The notes beneath the pieces are model-generated. The model saw only the letters and a program-made list of their open reading frames with translations. It made no database searches and had not been told where the DNA came from. A stretch of 64,000 bases of DNA from Bacilli bacterium (GTDB lineage Bacteria > Bacillota_I > Bacilli_A > RFN20 > CAG-826), in contig DAOSDC010000004.1 in NCBI GenBank assembly GCA_035361955.1, positions 14,916 to 78,915 on the forward strand. Reading direction: 5' to 3'. A program made the translations under genes and the position numbers. Numbering within the stretch: the stretch's first letter is position 1; every line of letters starts with the position of its first letter. Below are positions 28,098-37,766 of this stretch, one piece after another.

Positions 28098-30245
28098 TTA
28101 TTCCCATGACAGCCGAGGCGTGTCACCAGAAAAATCCCAGATTTGTTGGTTGAATGCAGACAGTGTCAATAATCCCGCCGCACTGATTCCGGTAATGCCA
28201 TCGCCACGTCCGCTTGAAGGATTACCGATGCGGTCGCGGGAGGAGATTGTCGAGTTATAAACGCACGATGTATAAAGCGTGGCCACAGTGCCTCCAGGGG
28301 TGACGCCGACAAACGAGCCGGCATAAATGTTGGTGCCCGCAGAAACGACAACAAGATTTTGGGCAATCGAGAAATTGACTTTGTTGTTATATCCTTCCAT
28401 CCGTCCGATGAAGCCTCCGATGTGGACAATGTTTGTTGCTGTCGCGGTGACTGGACCCATCGAATAGGAATTGGAAATTGTCCCGTTACCCATGTAGCCG
28501 ACAAACCCACCAACATAGTTTGGTCCGGTGACCGTAATTTCGGCTTTGCTTTCGGTCACTTCCATGTAGTTGTCGAGGAGTTTACCAATGAACCCACCAG
28601 TCGGGCTTTGTTCGCCACCGACGACAACGATTGAACCTAACGCCGCCGATTGATGAATACGTGATGTGGCACCCGATTGACGGACCAGACCAATTAGACC
28701 ACCTGAAATGGCGTGAGTTGCTTGGACATCGCCATCATATATGACACGCGTGAGGTCAGAGTCGATTGTCGAGCCGATAGCACCGCCGACTTTCGCGGTT
28801 CCGTTACCAGAAACGACAGTCACATCGACATCAATGGTAACCATCTCGATTGTGGAATTAATCAGGGTTCCCGCTAATGCGCCAACCTCAGCTTCTAGCT
28901 GCGTGGTCGCCACATCGATGGCTCCAACTAGTTGGACATTACGGATAATCGCTCCATCGACTTTCTTAAAGAAACCAATCGCGGATAAGGAGTCTGATGT
29001 TTCATCAATATCGATGTTAGAAATAGTATGACCGGCACCGTCAAAGTATCCTTCAAAATCAATCGGTGTCCATGCTGAAGTAAGTGCAATGTCATTGGCT
29101 AGCGTATACGCGCCGCCTTTAACTATCGCTTTAAGCTCCGTTTCGTTAGTAATTGCTAGTGCGCCTAAATATACTTTTTCACTTAATGGCGATGCCATGT
29201 GAATACTTGAAGTGGCTCTAACTTGGAGATAACTACCGGTTTGCGATAGTAGTGTTGGACTAAGCGTATAACTAGTGGTCGTGATGCTTTCAATGAGCCC
29301 GCCATCAACGTAAATGTCATAACCTGTCGCCCCCATCACAGCGTCAAACTCCAGCAAATCGCCTGTTAATCGCAGATTAGTCGGTTGGGCTAGCGTAATT
29401 GGAGCGATGCTTAACGTGACTTCACCCCAAGCGGAATCGACATATTGATCCCCAGTAGCGATGGCCTTAACCTTGATGTTAACGGAACCGACGAAGTCGA
29501 TACCAATCGTCACCGAGTTGGTCGATGATGTGAATTCGCTCATATCATTTACTAACACGACATATGAAGTGGCATTGGTAACAGCATTCCAAGAAACAAC
29601 TCCTTCGTAATATGTGATACTAGTTGGCGTCGCCAGTGGAACTTTGATATATAGAATGTCCGAGAATGGGCTGGAAACGATATAGCCATCGGTTCTTCCA
29701 GTGGCCAAAACTTGAACCGAGGATGGCGAAGTAACGGTAATCGGATATGATGTTTCCAGCGTGAAATTTTCAACATCGTTAATTTTTACGATATAACCAG
29801 TCGCTCCTAATACCGCATCCCATAAAACGGTGCTACCATCTTGCCTTACATTAGCGGGAGCCGCTAGCTCAAGAATGGCGACGACATTAAGTGGCGCAGA
29901 ATAAGCGGTCGTTTCTTCGCCTCGAGTAGCCCGCACTTCGATTGATAAGGGACCAAAGTACGTATGATCTAAATCAAAATAATTGGTTGATGTTTCGTGT
30001 TCGTCAGTGCCATTCAAGCGCACGACATAACCAGTCGCACCAGCAACTTCATCCCAACCGATGCGTCGGCTGGTTAAGGCGACGTTAGCAGGAACTGTCA
30101 GCTCTTGGACAATTGATGAAGAGACTTCACTCGACGATGTACTCGATGTTGAGACACTGCTAGTTGAGGATGACGAAGAACTCTCACCGCATGCATATAG
30201 TAGCGGTACGGCAATTAGTAGCGATAAAAGCAATTTGTGTTTCAT
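28098..30245 (-). CDS. Surface lipoprotein with a Ser-rich linker, about four FN3-like repeats and a C-terminal GLUG-motif beta-helical domain
   Basis: Lipobox LLYACG. Repeated ...W(D/N)AV.GATGY(V/I)V... FN3-like units. Repeated GG(L/F)(I/V)G GLUG motifs (GGLIGL, GGFIGK, VGGFVG, IGGFIG, AGSFVG). Confidence 0.6.
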   Translation of the reverse strand: MKHKLLLSLLIAVPLLYACGESSSSSSTSSVSTSSTSSSEVSSSIVQELTVPANVALTSRRIGWDEVAGATGYVVRLNGTDEHETSTNYFDLDHTYFGPLSIEVRATRGEETTAYSAPLNVVAILELAAPANVRQDGSTVLWDAVLGATGYIVKINDVENFTLETSYPITVTSPSSVQVLATGRTDGYIVSSPFSDILYIKVPLATPTSITYYEGVVSWNAVTNATSYVVLVNDMSEFTSSTNSVTIGIDFVGSVNIKVKAIATGDQYVDSAWGEVTLSIAPITLAQPTNLRLTGDLLEFDAVMGATGYDIYVDGGLIESITTTSYTLSPTLLSQTGSYLQVRATSSIHMASPLSEKVYLGALAITNETELKAIVKGGAYTLANDIALTSAWTPIDFEGYFDGAGHTISNIDIDETSDSLSAIGFFKKVDGAIIRNVQLVGAIDVATTQLEAEVGALAGTLINSTIEMVTIDVDVTVVSGNGTAKVGGAIGSTIDSDLTRVIYDGDVQATHAISGGLIGLVRQSGATSRIHQSAALGSIVVVGGEQSPTGGFIGKLLDNYMEVTESKAEITVTGPNYVGGFVGYMGNGTISNSYSMGPVTATATNIVHIGGFIGRMEGYNNKVNFSIAQNLVVVSAGTNIYAGSFVGVTPGGTVATLYTSCVYNSTISSRDRIGNPSSGRGDGITGISAAGLLTLSAFNQQIWDFSGDTPRLSWE

Positions 30246-30255
30246 AAGTTACTCC

Positions 30256-32754
30256 TTACCGCGGCTCGCTGGTGACTGTTGGTGTCACGGACAAGTAATG
30301 CGAGGGGTTATTTATTAGTTCTAATGTATCGGCATCGACAATATAAGAGACGACATAATAATCAAGTGGCAAGCCCGGGATAAGTGAGATATCGACAGAC
30401 ACGCTGACAGGGATGCCACGGCTATATTTACCACCTTCAAGATGTGAGAAATGCGGGACAACATAAGGTTGCATCGCACTTTCGTATAATGTGCCATCAC
30501 CGCTATAAACATCGATCTTGTAAATGATGTCGCGTGGTGATTTATCACCGTTATAAGATTTGTGAAGCGCCATCGTCGATGCTGTAATCACGTCTTCGAC
30601 TTTTTGATAAGTGGAAGCACCAGCACCAAAATCGGCTCGCGCCATAGCCAGCCCCACATACATATCACCCGCGCCATAATAGAAGTACCATTCCCCGTCA
30701 TGACGAATCATCGTGTCGGCGAACATACATTTGTCAAACAAGCCATAATCGATTTTGTTGGTATCGGTCGGATACATCGTCGGCTCATCAAGGTCGAGAC
30801 GGATATTTGTCAGTTCAAACGGATTGGCCTTGGTCGTTTTAAGCACACCCAAGGCATAGAACCAACCATTGGCGTTTGGTTGTTGGTTTTGAATGGCGGG
30901 ATCACTTAAGACGCCGCCACCATACATTAGATAAATGTCTTGATCGTCTGGCCCATAAATATTGGTAATAGCCATGCACGATTCGTTGCCTTTGGTCAAA
31001 TCTTCGATATCGTTATTACCATAGTTGCCGGTATCGATATCGATGAAATCTTGCTGAGCAATTGATAACACGTCATTCGTGAATCCAATGCGCGTATAGC
31101 CTCCGTCTTTCATGTAAATCATGTAGACTTCACCCCGTTTACCAGGACGCGGATCCGGAATCTTGACGGCGTTACCCTCAGTATCGGTCACAAATGTGCC
31201 GGATTTATGGGCTTGCCCATAACTGGGTGCTAAACGACCCGTTTTATGGAACGTTACGAAATCGTGAGTGTAAATAATACCTTCCCTAGTAATCGAGTTA
31301 TCATACATCGTATAGGTGATGTAATAGGTTGTCAGGCCACCGCGATTAGGATCGTTTTCGATTCTAAACATGCGCGGGTCTTCTAGACCGCCGCCAGCTT
31401 CATCGTTGGTCGTCGGCCAAGCAATTGGGTTATTCTCACCGCGGACGAAATTCTTACCATCGTATGAATAAGCATAAGATAGTGTCGACATATGACCAAG
31501 CTCATAGCGACTGCCAAAATAAGTATCAAAACGATCGGGCAGTTCCGAGCGGTAAATCATGTGGAACATCTCGCGGTCATAGTCGTAGATGACGGCCGGA
31601 TTATAAGTGGCGTAAGATTCAAAGCCGGGGATGTTGCCGCTTGCAATGCTGGCCATGTTGGTGACCACGCCATTGGCATCGATTGGATAACCATGTGGTG
31701 CGAGCACAAGTCCCCCATCGTAAAGAGTGATATTACTCATGGCGACCCAAGCCGGACTGTTTCTAGAAAACTCCATTTCCCGTCCTAATTTGGCGGCATG
31801 GATGTCACTCCATTTGAATAGTTCAAACGAATAAATCGAGAATGTCGATTGCCAAGGATAACGACCCGTCTTCTTGGTCGCTTCGCTGGTTTCGCGTTGA
31901 ATCAATTCCAGTTTGATGTAGCGCGTGGTTTTGTCGCTATTAAGGCGCAGTGTATCAACTTCGCCAAGCCCAGCTTCGGAACCGCTGATGTAGTACCAAT
32001 CTTCATCGTTTCGCTGTGGAGTGGTGACATCAGTTGCTGGATGACCATAAATCTTGAAGATACGCGCGAACGAGACTTCCCAACGAATCTTGATTAAATC
32101 AAATGTCATTGGTGTATTTAAATCAAATAGTGCGTACTGATTATCGGCAACGCTTGAAGCCCATCGGGTATTGGCGAGATTATCAAGCATGGCCGAACCA
32201 GGGAGCGTCGAGGCGTTTTCGTTACTCGAAACATGGACGACGGTCCCGCTTGTGGCTAAGCTTTTCGGACCATAAACTTCAAAACTATAAAACGAATAAC
32301 CATAATCAAGTTTACGGGTGACACCTTGGAATTTAACAAACTGTGTTTCGATCCACTCGGGAAACACAATGATGTCTTTCTCACTCGTTGTTTTGGAAAT
32401 ATCGCCAACGGTTGTCCAATCGATGGCGTTAAGCGACATCTGAAGTCGATACTGCGAGGCATAGGCCGCTTCCCAGTCGATGACGACTTTGCCAACCTTT
32501 TCAACCGAACCTAAATCGACATAGAAATAGGCGCTATTTTGATTGACGGCCGCATAGCGCGTGTTGGGGTTGGCGTCGACGGCATTGGTGTTGACGTTAC
32601 TATCGGTGTGATCACTACTGACAACGCGACGCTTATAAGCCAAATCAACGCCATATTCGCGTTCAGCTGCCGTCGTGCTTGTCATTTGTGGAGGTATCGT
32701 GACTAATAGCGCAAAGACGCTTAATAGACCGAACCATTTCATTGTTTGTTTCAT
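30256..32754 (-). CDS. Secreted protein with two F5/8 type C (discoidin/CBM32-like) domains and a C-terminal GH130-like five-bladed beta-propeller (beta-mannoside hydrolase/phosphorylase family)
   Basis: Start at MKQTMKW (RBS GGAGGG); the track ORF starts earlier at 32829. Discoidin pattern AVDANPNTRYAA...YFYVDLG. GH130 motifs YNPAVIYDYD, GGGLEDPRMF, YYITYTMYD and C-terminal YFYYGAGDMYVG. Confidence 0.7.
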   Translation of the reverse strand: MKQTMKWFGLLSVFALLVTIPPQMTSTTAAEREYGVDLAYKRRVVSSDHTDSNVNTNAVDANPNTRYAAVNQNSAYFYVDLGSVEKVGKVVIDWEAAYASQYRLQMSLNAIDWTTVGDISKTTSEKDIIVFPEWIETQFVKFQGVTRKLDYGYSFYSFEVYGPKSLATSGTVVHVSSNENASTLPGSAMLDNLANTRWASSVADNQYALFDLNTPMTFDLIKIRWEVSFARIFKIYGHPATDVTTPQRNDEDWYYISGSEAGLGEVDTLRLNSDKTTRYIKLELIQRETSEATKKTGRYPWQSTFSIYSFELFKWSDIHAAKLGREMEFSRNSPAWVAMSNITLYDGGLVLAPHGYPIDANGVVTNMASIASGNIPGFESYATYNPAVIYDYDREMFHMIYRSELPDRFDTYFGSRYELGHMSTLSYAYSYDGKNFVRGENNPIAWPTTNDEAGGGLEDPRMFRIENDPNRGGLTTYYITYTMYDNSITREGIIYTHDFVTFHKTGRLAPSYGQAHKSGTFVTDTEGNAVKIPDPRPGKRGEVYMIYMKDGGYTRIGFTNDVLSIAQQDFIDIDTGNYGNNDIEDLTKGNESCMAITNIYGPDDQDIYLMYGGGVLSDPAIQNQQPNANGWFYALGVLKTTKANPFELTNIRLDLDEPTMYPTDTNKIDYGLFDKCMFADTMIRHDGEWYFYYGAGDMYVGLAMARADFGAGASTYQKVEDVITASTMALHKSYNGDKSPRDIIYKIDVYSGDGTLYESAMQPYVVPHFSHLEGGKYSRGIPVSVSVDISLIPGLPLDYYVVSYIVDADTLELINNPSHYLSVTPTVTSEPR

Positions 32755-32756
32755 AA

Positions 32757-35306
32757 TCAGCCCTCCGTCAATAAATTGATATTTAGTATTTTTGTGATGT
32801 ACAGATGTGCATATAGCGCGCATGGCCACGTAAACCAGTCGCGGCTATATTCATTCGGATTATTGGCATTGAATGCTTCATGCATTACGTAGGTGCCACC
32901 TGTCGTATCGGTCATATATTCAATCATTAGTTCTATTTCGCTTTGGTTATTAGTCGTCAGCCCTTGCATGGCAATAGCCATGTGCCATGGAACCGGCGTG
33001 CCTGGATGGGGATTGGTGCCACCAATGCCATCGTGAGGATCACCAATGCCTTTGGCGTATGTTCCTTCGTAGTAATACGGATTATCGAAACTGAGGATGA
33101 AATCACGTGTGTTTTGATAAATCGGATCTTCGATGGGTGCATAGCCTAGCCAAGGAATCGCTAGAAGACTGGGAATATTCGCGGCATCCATCAGTAGTTT
33201 GCCACTGCTGGAATTGGCGTCGCTTGTAAAGCCGTTAACCTCGAAAGCGTAAATTTTGCCATAGGTTGGGTGTTGATACACGCCATATGTTTCGATTGCT
33301 TGACGCACTTGGCTAGCCATCGTGGACGCACGCAAGGCAAGCGCGCTTTCCTTTTCCATTTCAGTTAGCATACTTGCCATCTTTTCCAGCGTAGCGACGG
33401 CGAACATATTGCCGGGTATGAAGAATTTGTAGTAAGTCACATCATCGCTTGGCCGATAACCACTCCAAATAAGGCCACTAGCGGTATTCACTTCATGCGG
33501 ACCGGCGTCACGATCGCTTTGATTAGTAATCCGATAATTGTCATCACTATGATTGCGTTCGTTTTGTAACGTATCGAGTACTTTTGTCAGCGTCATCATG
33601 AAGAAGGTATCAAAGATTGAGGTGTCTTCAGTGATGCGGTAATACTCATATGCGAGCCATAGCGGATAAATCAATGAATCGATTTCGAATTTGAGTTCGA
33701 ACACGGAACCACCGGGATTAAATGCATTGGCGTATTGATTGCGCCGAATCAGTTCGAACTGCATCCGTAGCAATCCTTTAACCATTAATCGCACATCATC
33801 ATCGATGTTCATGAACTGTAAATACGGAAGCACCTGGGCGCTTGAATCTCGTAGCCACATGGCATCAATGTCGCCGGTGATAATAAATGTGTTGCCGTTA
33901 GCATAGTGTTGGACGACACTGGGCCAATTGCCTTTGATGTTGGAGATGCCATCGATCGTCGCAAAGAAAGTTTTTCTAACCGTAGTTCTGGTTGTCGCAT
34001 CCATAATTGAGTCGATATGTGGATTAATGTATGAACGCATCGCCGTGTAGCTTGGATTTGTCACAATCGGATCAAATAAGTTATAAGCGATTTCATCGTT
34101 GATGTTAGGCCAACTGGCGTGATAGGTATTGATGGCTTCAATTGTCAATAAGCCCCAATCGCCGCGCGAATTGTCGACGAATTCAAGATATAGGCAGTTA
34201 TTGCGATATTCGCTTAAATCAATGTGATACAAGTGGGTGTTTTCTTCGTCAGCGTCCCTCCAGCGGTCACTATAAGTGCGATAAATTTCTTCGTTAGTGC
34301 CCACGACTTTGACCGACATGTATGTGAGTTGCCGATTTTTGGTGGCTCCTAATCTGAATGACATCAAATTGGTACCCGCGACTTTGAAAGCACTTGAACG
34401 CAAAACCCCGATTTTAGATTCGTCGGGCCGATTGCTTAAGCGGTTGCTAGAAGAAATATGGCTGGCCCGAAACACCCCATCCTCACCGATAACGGTCCAT
34501 CCGACGAGCGTCTTCGTGGCGAAGTCACCATTATACAAGGCATTAGGAGTACCCGCAAAATCGGTGAATAGCGGCATGATATTTGGCGCTTGGACATAAC
34601 CGACAAGCGCTGGAATCGAAGGATGATAAGTCACGATGTCATCAAGCGTGACATAACCGTGATTGGCAATCGATTGGTCAACGACTTTGATATAGGCCGT
34701 TATTCCTAAATGCGCGGATAAATTAACGAAATAGTTATTCATGTTTTCGACCCGGTAATCACTCGTTCCGCTGGCGGGTTGGTTAAACATTGAATTACCG
34801 ATGCGATAGATTTCTTTTTCGGTTTGGGCGTTGATGATGGAGATGTATGTCAGCGCCTGCATGTAGGCCGCACCCATGCGCATAGTGATATAACCGCTCC
34901 CTCCAATCATAAACGACGAGGATTGCATGATGCCTTCGCTAGTTTGACTCACACCTTTATAGAAGTACGTGCCTTGTTTGTTATATGGCACTGTGGCGTT
35001 TACCATAGTATCGCTACTGACTCCTTGGGAAGAGAAAGCCGCGCCTGATATAATCGTCCAACCAGATAGATCACCAGTTTCGAAGTCACCGTTTTCGATT
35101 GAATAAATCGTTTCATCGATGGCACTTGAAGATGAGCTTGATGAAGGAGTGGAACTTGATGAACTGCTAGAAATCTCACTCGTGCTCGAAGTAGTCGAAC
35201 TCGGGGTTTCGCTTATAGAGGACAGTGAAGATCCGCACGCAGATAAAGACATTGCTCCCAAAAGCAAGGCGAGGAAACCAAGGCGGGATGTAGAAGGTGT
35301 ATGCAT
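32757..35306 (-). CDS. Surface lipoprotein with a Ser-rich linker and two tandem jelly-roll modules (family member 4) fused to a GH125 (metal-independent exo-alpha-1,6-mannosidase, DUF1237) (alpha/alpha)6 catalytic domain
   Basis: RBS AAAGGAG. Lipobox LSACG. ENGDFETGDLSGW... and a second module ...VLRSSAFKV. The catalytic part carries ITGDIDAMWLRDSS, which I recall as the hallmark of GH125/PF06824. Confidence 0.65.
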   Translation of the reverse strand: MHTPSTSRLGFLALLLGAMSLSACGSSLSSISETPSSTTSSTSEISSSSSSSTPSSSSSSSAIDETIYSIENGDFETGDLSGWTIISGAAFSSQGVSSDTMVNATVPYNKQGTYFYKGVSQTSEGIMQSSSFMIGGSGYITMRMGAAYMQALTYISIINAQTEKEIYRIGNSMFNQPASGTSDYRVENMNNYFVNLSAHLGITAYIKVVDQSIANHGYVTLDDIVTYHPSIPALVGYVQAPNIMPLFTDFAGTPNALYNGDFATKTLVGWTVIGEDGVFRASHISSSNRLSNRPDESKIGVLRSSAFKVAGTNLMSFRLGATKNRQLTYMSVKVVGTNEEIYRTYSDRWRDADEENTHLYHIDLSEYRNNCLYLEFVDNSRGDWGLLTIEAINTYHASWPNINDEIAYNLFDPIVTNPSYTAMRSYINPHIDSIMDATTRTTVRKTFFATIDGISNIKGNWPSVVQHYANGNTFIITGDIDAMWLRDSSAQVLPYLQFMNIDDDVRLMVKGLLRMQFELIRRNQYANAFNPGGSVFELKFEIDSLIYPLWLAYEYYRITEDTSIFDTFFMMTLTKVLDTLQNERNHSDDNYRITNQSDRDAGPHEVNTASGLIWSGYRPSDDVTYYKFFIPGNMFAVATLEKMASMLTEMEKESALALRASTMASQVRQAIETYGVYQHPTYGKIYAFEVNGFTSDANSSSGKLLMDAANIPSLLAIPWLGYAPIEDPIYQNTRDFILSFDNPYYYEGTYAKGIGDPHDGIGGTNPHPGTPVPWHMAIAMQGLTTNNQSEIELMIEYMTDTTGGTYVMHEAFNANNPNEYSRDWFTWPCALYAHLYITKILNINLLTEG

Positions 35307-35324
35307 ACACGTCAGGCTCCTTTA

Positions 35325-36836
35325 TTAGTAATTCAAATTAATAGCCATCGTCGCATAGGTGAAAAACGGACGAGTGGCGTAATAGGTAACAATGTTATCG
35401 ATGAAAATCGTATCCCAACTGCCGGTGGCGTTATCGACGATTTCAACATAAAACTTTTGGCCCTGATAATCCGATAAATCAATGAAGTATTGAATCATTG
35501 TTGTACCAGATGACCGATTATTGGCAAAGCGAATCACTTCGCGATTAGTGGCAAAGTGTTTAATGGAAACGAACGTGTCTTTGTCATAACGTGAGCCTTG
35601 CGCGGCCCCGATTTGAAGCGAGGCGATTCCTGAGCCATCGACGCGGAATAGCGACGAGCGAATCAATCCACGGGCGCTATCACCAGTAGCATTACTACGA
35701 AGCGACCCGGAGGTCACGATAAACGTATCGCTATTTCCATCTGGTTTTTGCCAACCAGGCAGATCTGATATCGTCCAGTTTGTCAAATTGGAAGTAAAGT
35801 CACCATTGGCAACTTGATTCGGGGCATAGTCAACCAAATAGATTGGCTTGATGTCAACGGCAATCACACCATCTTCAGGCGCTGTTTCATAATATGTCTC
35901 AAACGCGTCAGCGGTCAGGAAATCCCAATCTCGTGATCCGAAATCAGATAGCTCAATATATAGTTCGTTTCCTAAATACGATGATAAATCGGCCCGGTAT
36001 TTAACAAGGTTTTCACCAAAGTATTGACCCTCGACAACTTGTGAAACATCAAACATTTGATTACCAAATCGTTTAATTTCCAAATCATCACTGGCGCGTC
36101 GAATCGATACATATGACAAATCGGCGGTCTTGCCCGCGCCTAACAAAAACGAGATGTGACCACTACCCCCAAGGGTGAATGTTGATGAACGAAGTTGGCC
36201 GAGTCGTTCTTCAAACGCCGCTTTGGATACAGAAGTTGATCGACCCAACACATAGGAACCTTCACCATCATATGGAAATGTTGCGCTTGGGATTGTTTCA
36301 TTGGCGACGATGGCGGTATCTCGAAACGCTTGAATCGTCGTTTCGCCTTTGAAAATCGTGTGGACCGACCAACCGAATAAATCGCCGGTTTCAAATCCGC
36401 GATTGACGATGCGATGGGCATTGTGACGGTCGATGATTGTCATTGGTAATATCGCCCGACCCAATGTCGTATAAAGCGACAACTCATATGTTCCCGGAAG
36501 TAGCGTGACTAAATAATGTCTCGCAATCGAAATCGAAGTTGGACCAATTTCGTAGTCGCCAGAAGCGATATTGTGTCCTTCGATATGGGAAATCGTGCCA
36601 ATCTCCAGGGCGTCGTATTCATAGCTCAAATCGTTTAATAAATCAAAATCGAATTCGGTAACGAGCGGTGTAATCGGAAGCAGTGTTTCAGATGAGATGG
36701 ATGAGAAAATGTTTGTCGAGGATTCACTGCTTGAACCGGTTGACAAAGATGATTGGTCGCTCATTGAAGAGACGCATCCAGTCATGATTGTCATCAATGC
36801 GATTAATAGCGTAATACTCGACTTCGACACCTTCAT
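35325..36836 (-). CDS. Surface lipoprotein with an Ig-like domain and two tandem jelly-roll modules only (family member 5). No catalytic domain.
   Basis: Lipobox IMTGCV. The Ig-like region is homologous to that of 20695..23457. NRGFETGDLFGW...LRSSTFTLGGSGHISFLLGAG and a second module VANGDFTSNLTNW...LIRSSLFRV. Confidence 0.7.
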   Translation of the reverse strand: MKVSKSSITLLIALMTIMTGCVSSMSDQSSLSTGSSSESSTNIFSSISSETLLPITPLVTEFDFDLLNDLSYEYDALEIGTISHIEGHNIASGDYEIGPTSISIARHYLVTLLPGTYELSLYTTLGRAILPMTIIDRHNAHRIVNRGFETGDLFGWSVHTIFKGETTIQAFRDTAIVANETIPSATFPYDGEGSYVLGRSTSVSKAAFEERLGQLRSSTFTLGGSGHISFLLGAGKTADLSYVSIRRASDDLEIKRFGNQMFDVSQVVEGQYFGENLVKYRADLSSYLGNELYIELSDFGSRDWDFLTADAFETYYETAPEDGVIAVDIKPIYLVDYAPNQVANGDFTSNLTNWTISDLPGWQKPDGNSDTFIVTSGSLRSNATGDSARGLIRSSLFRVDGSGIASLQIGAAQGSRYDKDTFVSIKHFATNREVIRFANNRSSGTTMIQYFIDLSDYQGQKFYVEIVDNATGSWDTIFIDNIVTYYATRPFFTYATMAINLNY

Positions 36837-37762
36837 GTGTTCAGCTCCTCGTATTCGACAAACGGATCTTCAATGATGGCATAGTGGGCCTCGGCATCAG
36901 ATAGACCGGTATACAAAGTGGCCGTGCCGTCGTGATTACGGACCAACCCCCCGACAAATACGACATCGATTAAATCGAGTCTTTTAGCGGCACCTTGTTC
37001 AAAATCCGATCGTTCGCAAATGATTTTCATCGGGGTACGTTTGCGTGAAATCGGGTCAAGCGCGAAGGTCATCCCATAGTAGTGGCGAATGTCGCCTTGA
37101 CTCATGCGCGCGACATGGCCGAGCACGCCTATCATGCCATTTTTCAGGACGTGGACTTGATTGGCGCCACCCCAGCATTCATCGCCGAATAAATCATCAA
37201 GCAGCGGGGCTTTTTGAATGAATTCTGTCGTGATGTGATATAGCGCATCGGTAGAGTCAAAACCAATCTTGCCCCATTTGGCATCGCCACCTTGGGGACG
37301 GCTCATCATGTAGTAATGATTGCCTTTAGCAACTCTGACATCTTTCATTTTCAGTGGCGCTTCAATGATGATTCGTAAATCGCGGAACGACGTTCCTTGA
37401 TAAAACACCGTGCGCCAAGAAGTGATTTTCCCAGTCGTGTCAGGATGAATTTGTGTACCACCGACAAGCAGTTTCCCATCGATGATTTCCACGAACGGAT
37501 CTTGCAGGTTTTCGATGACTTCCCGCGTGGCTTCATAAATATCGGTGCCGATTCGCTTAAAGAATCGGACTGTTGATATTTCGCTATCGCGCTTTTCGAC
37601 GCGGCCGGCGATATAGCGTTCACCTTCAAAAACAAATTCCGAGGAAATGTTGTACACGTCAAAGCCTCGAACACCCAAAAAATGGATTTTTTTCGTAGCT
37701 TTGATGTGGGTGTTTGCCCGGTGGGCTGTTAATAAGTTATCTAAATTGCATTTGTTATTCAT
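36833..37762 (-). CDS. Cytoplasmic GH130-related/DUF1861-like beta-propeller protein (putative mannoside phosphorylase/hydrolase)
   Basis: No signal peptide. DPFVEIIDGKL and C-terminal LYTGLSDAEAHYAII resemble the GH130 YYGAAD ending. Confidence 0.45.
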   Translation of the reverse strand: MNNKCNLDNLLTAHRANTHIKATKKIHFLGVRGFDVYNISSEFVFEGERYIAGRVEKRDSEISTVRFFKRIGTDIYEATREVIENLQDPFVEIIDGKLLVGGTQIHPDTTGKITSWRTVFYQGTSFRDLRIIIEAPLKMKDVRVAKGNHYYMMSRPQGGDAKWGKIGFDSTDALYHITTEFIQKAPLLDDLFGDECWGGANQVHVLKNGMIGVLGHVARMSQGDIRHYYGMTFALDPISRKRTPMKIICERSDFEQGAAKRLDLIDVVFVGGLVRNHDGTATLYTGLSDAEAHYAIIEDPFVEYEELNT

Positions 37763-37766
37763 AACG

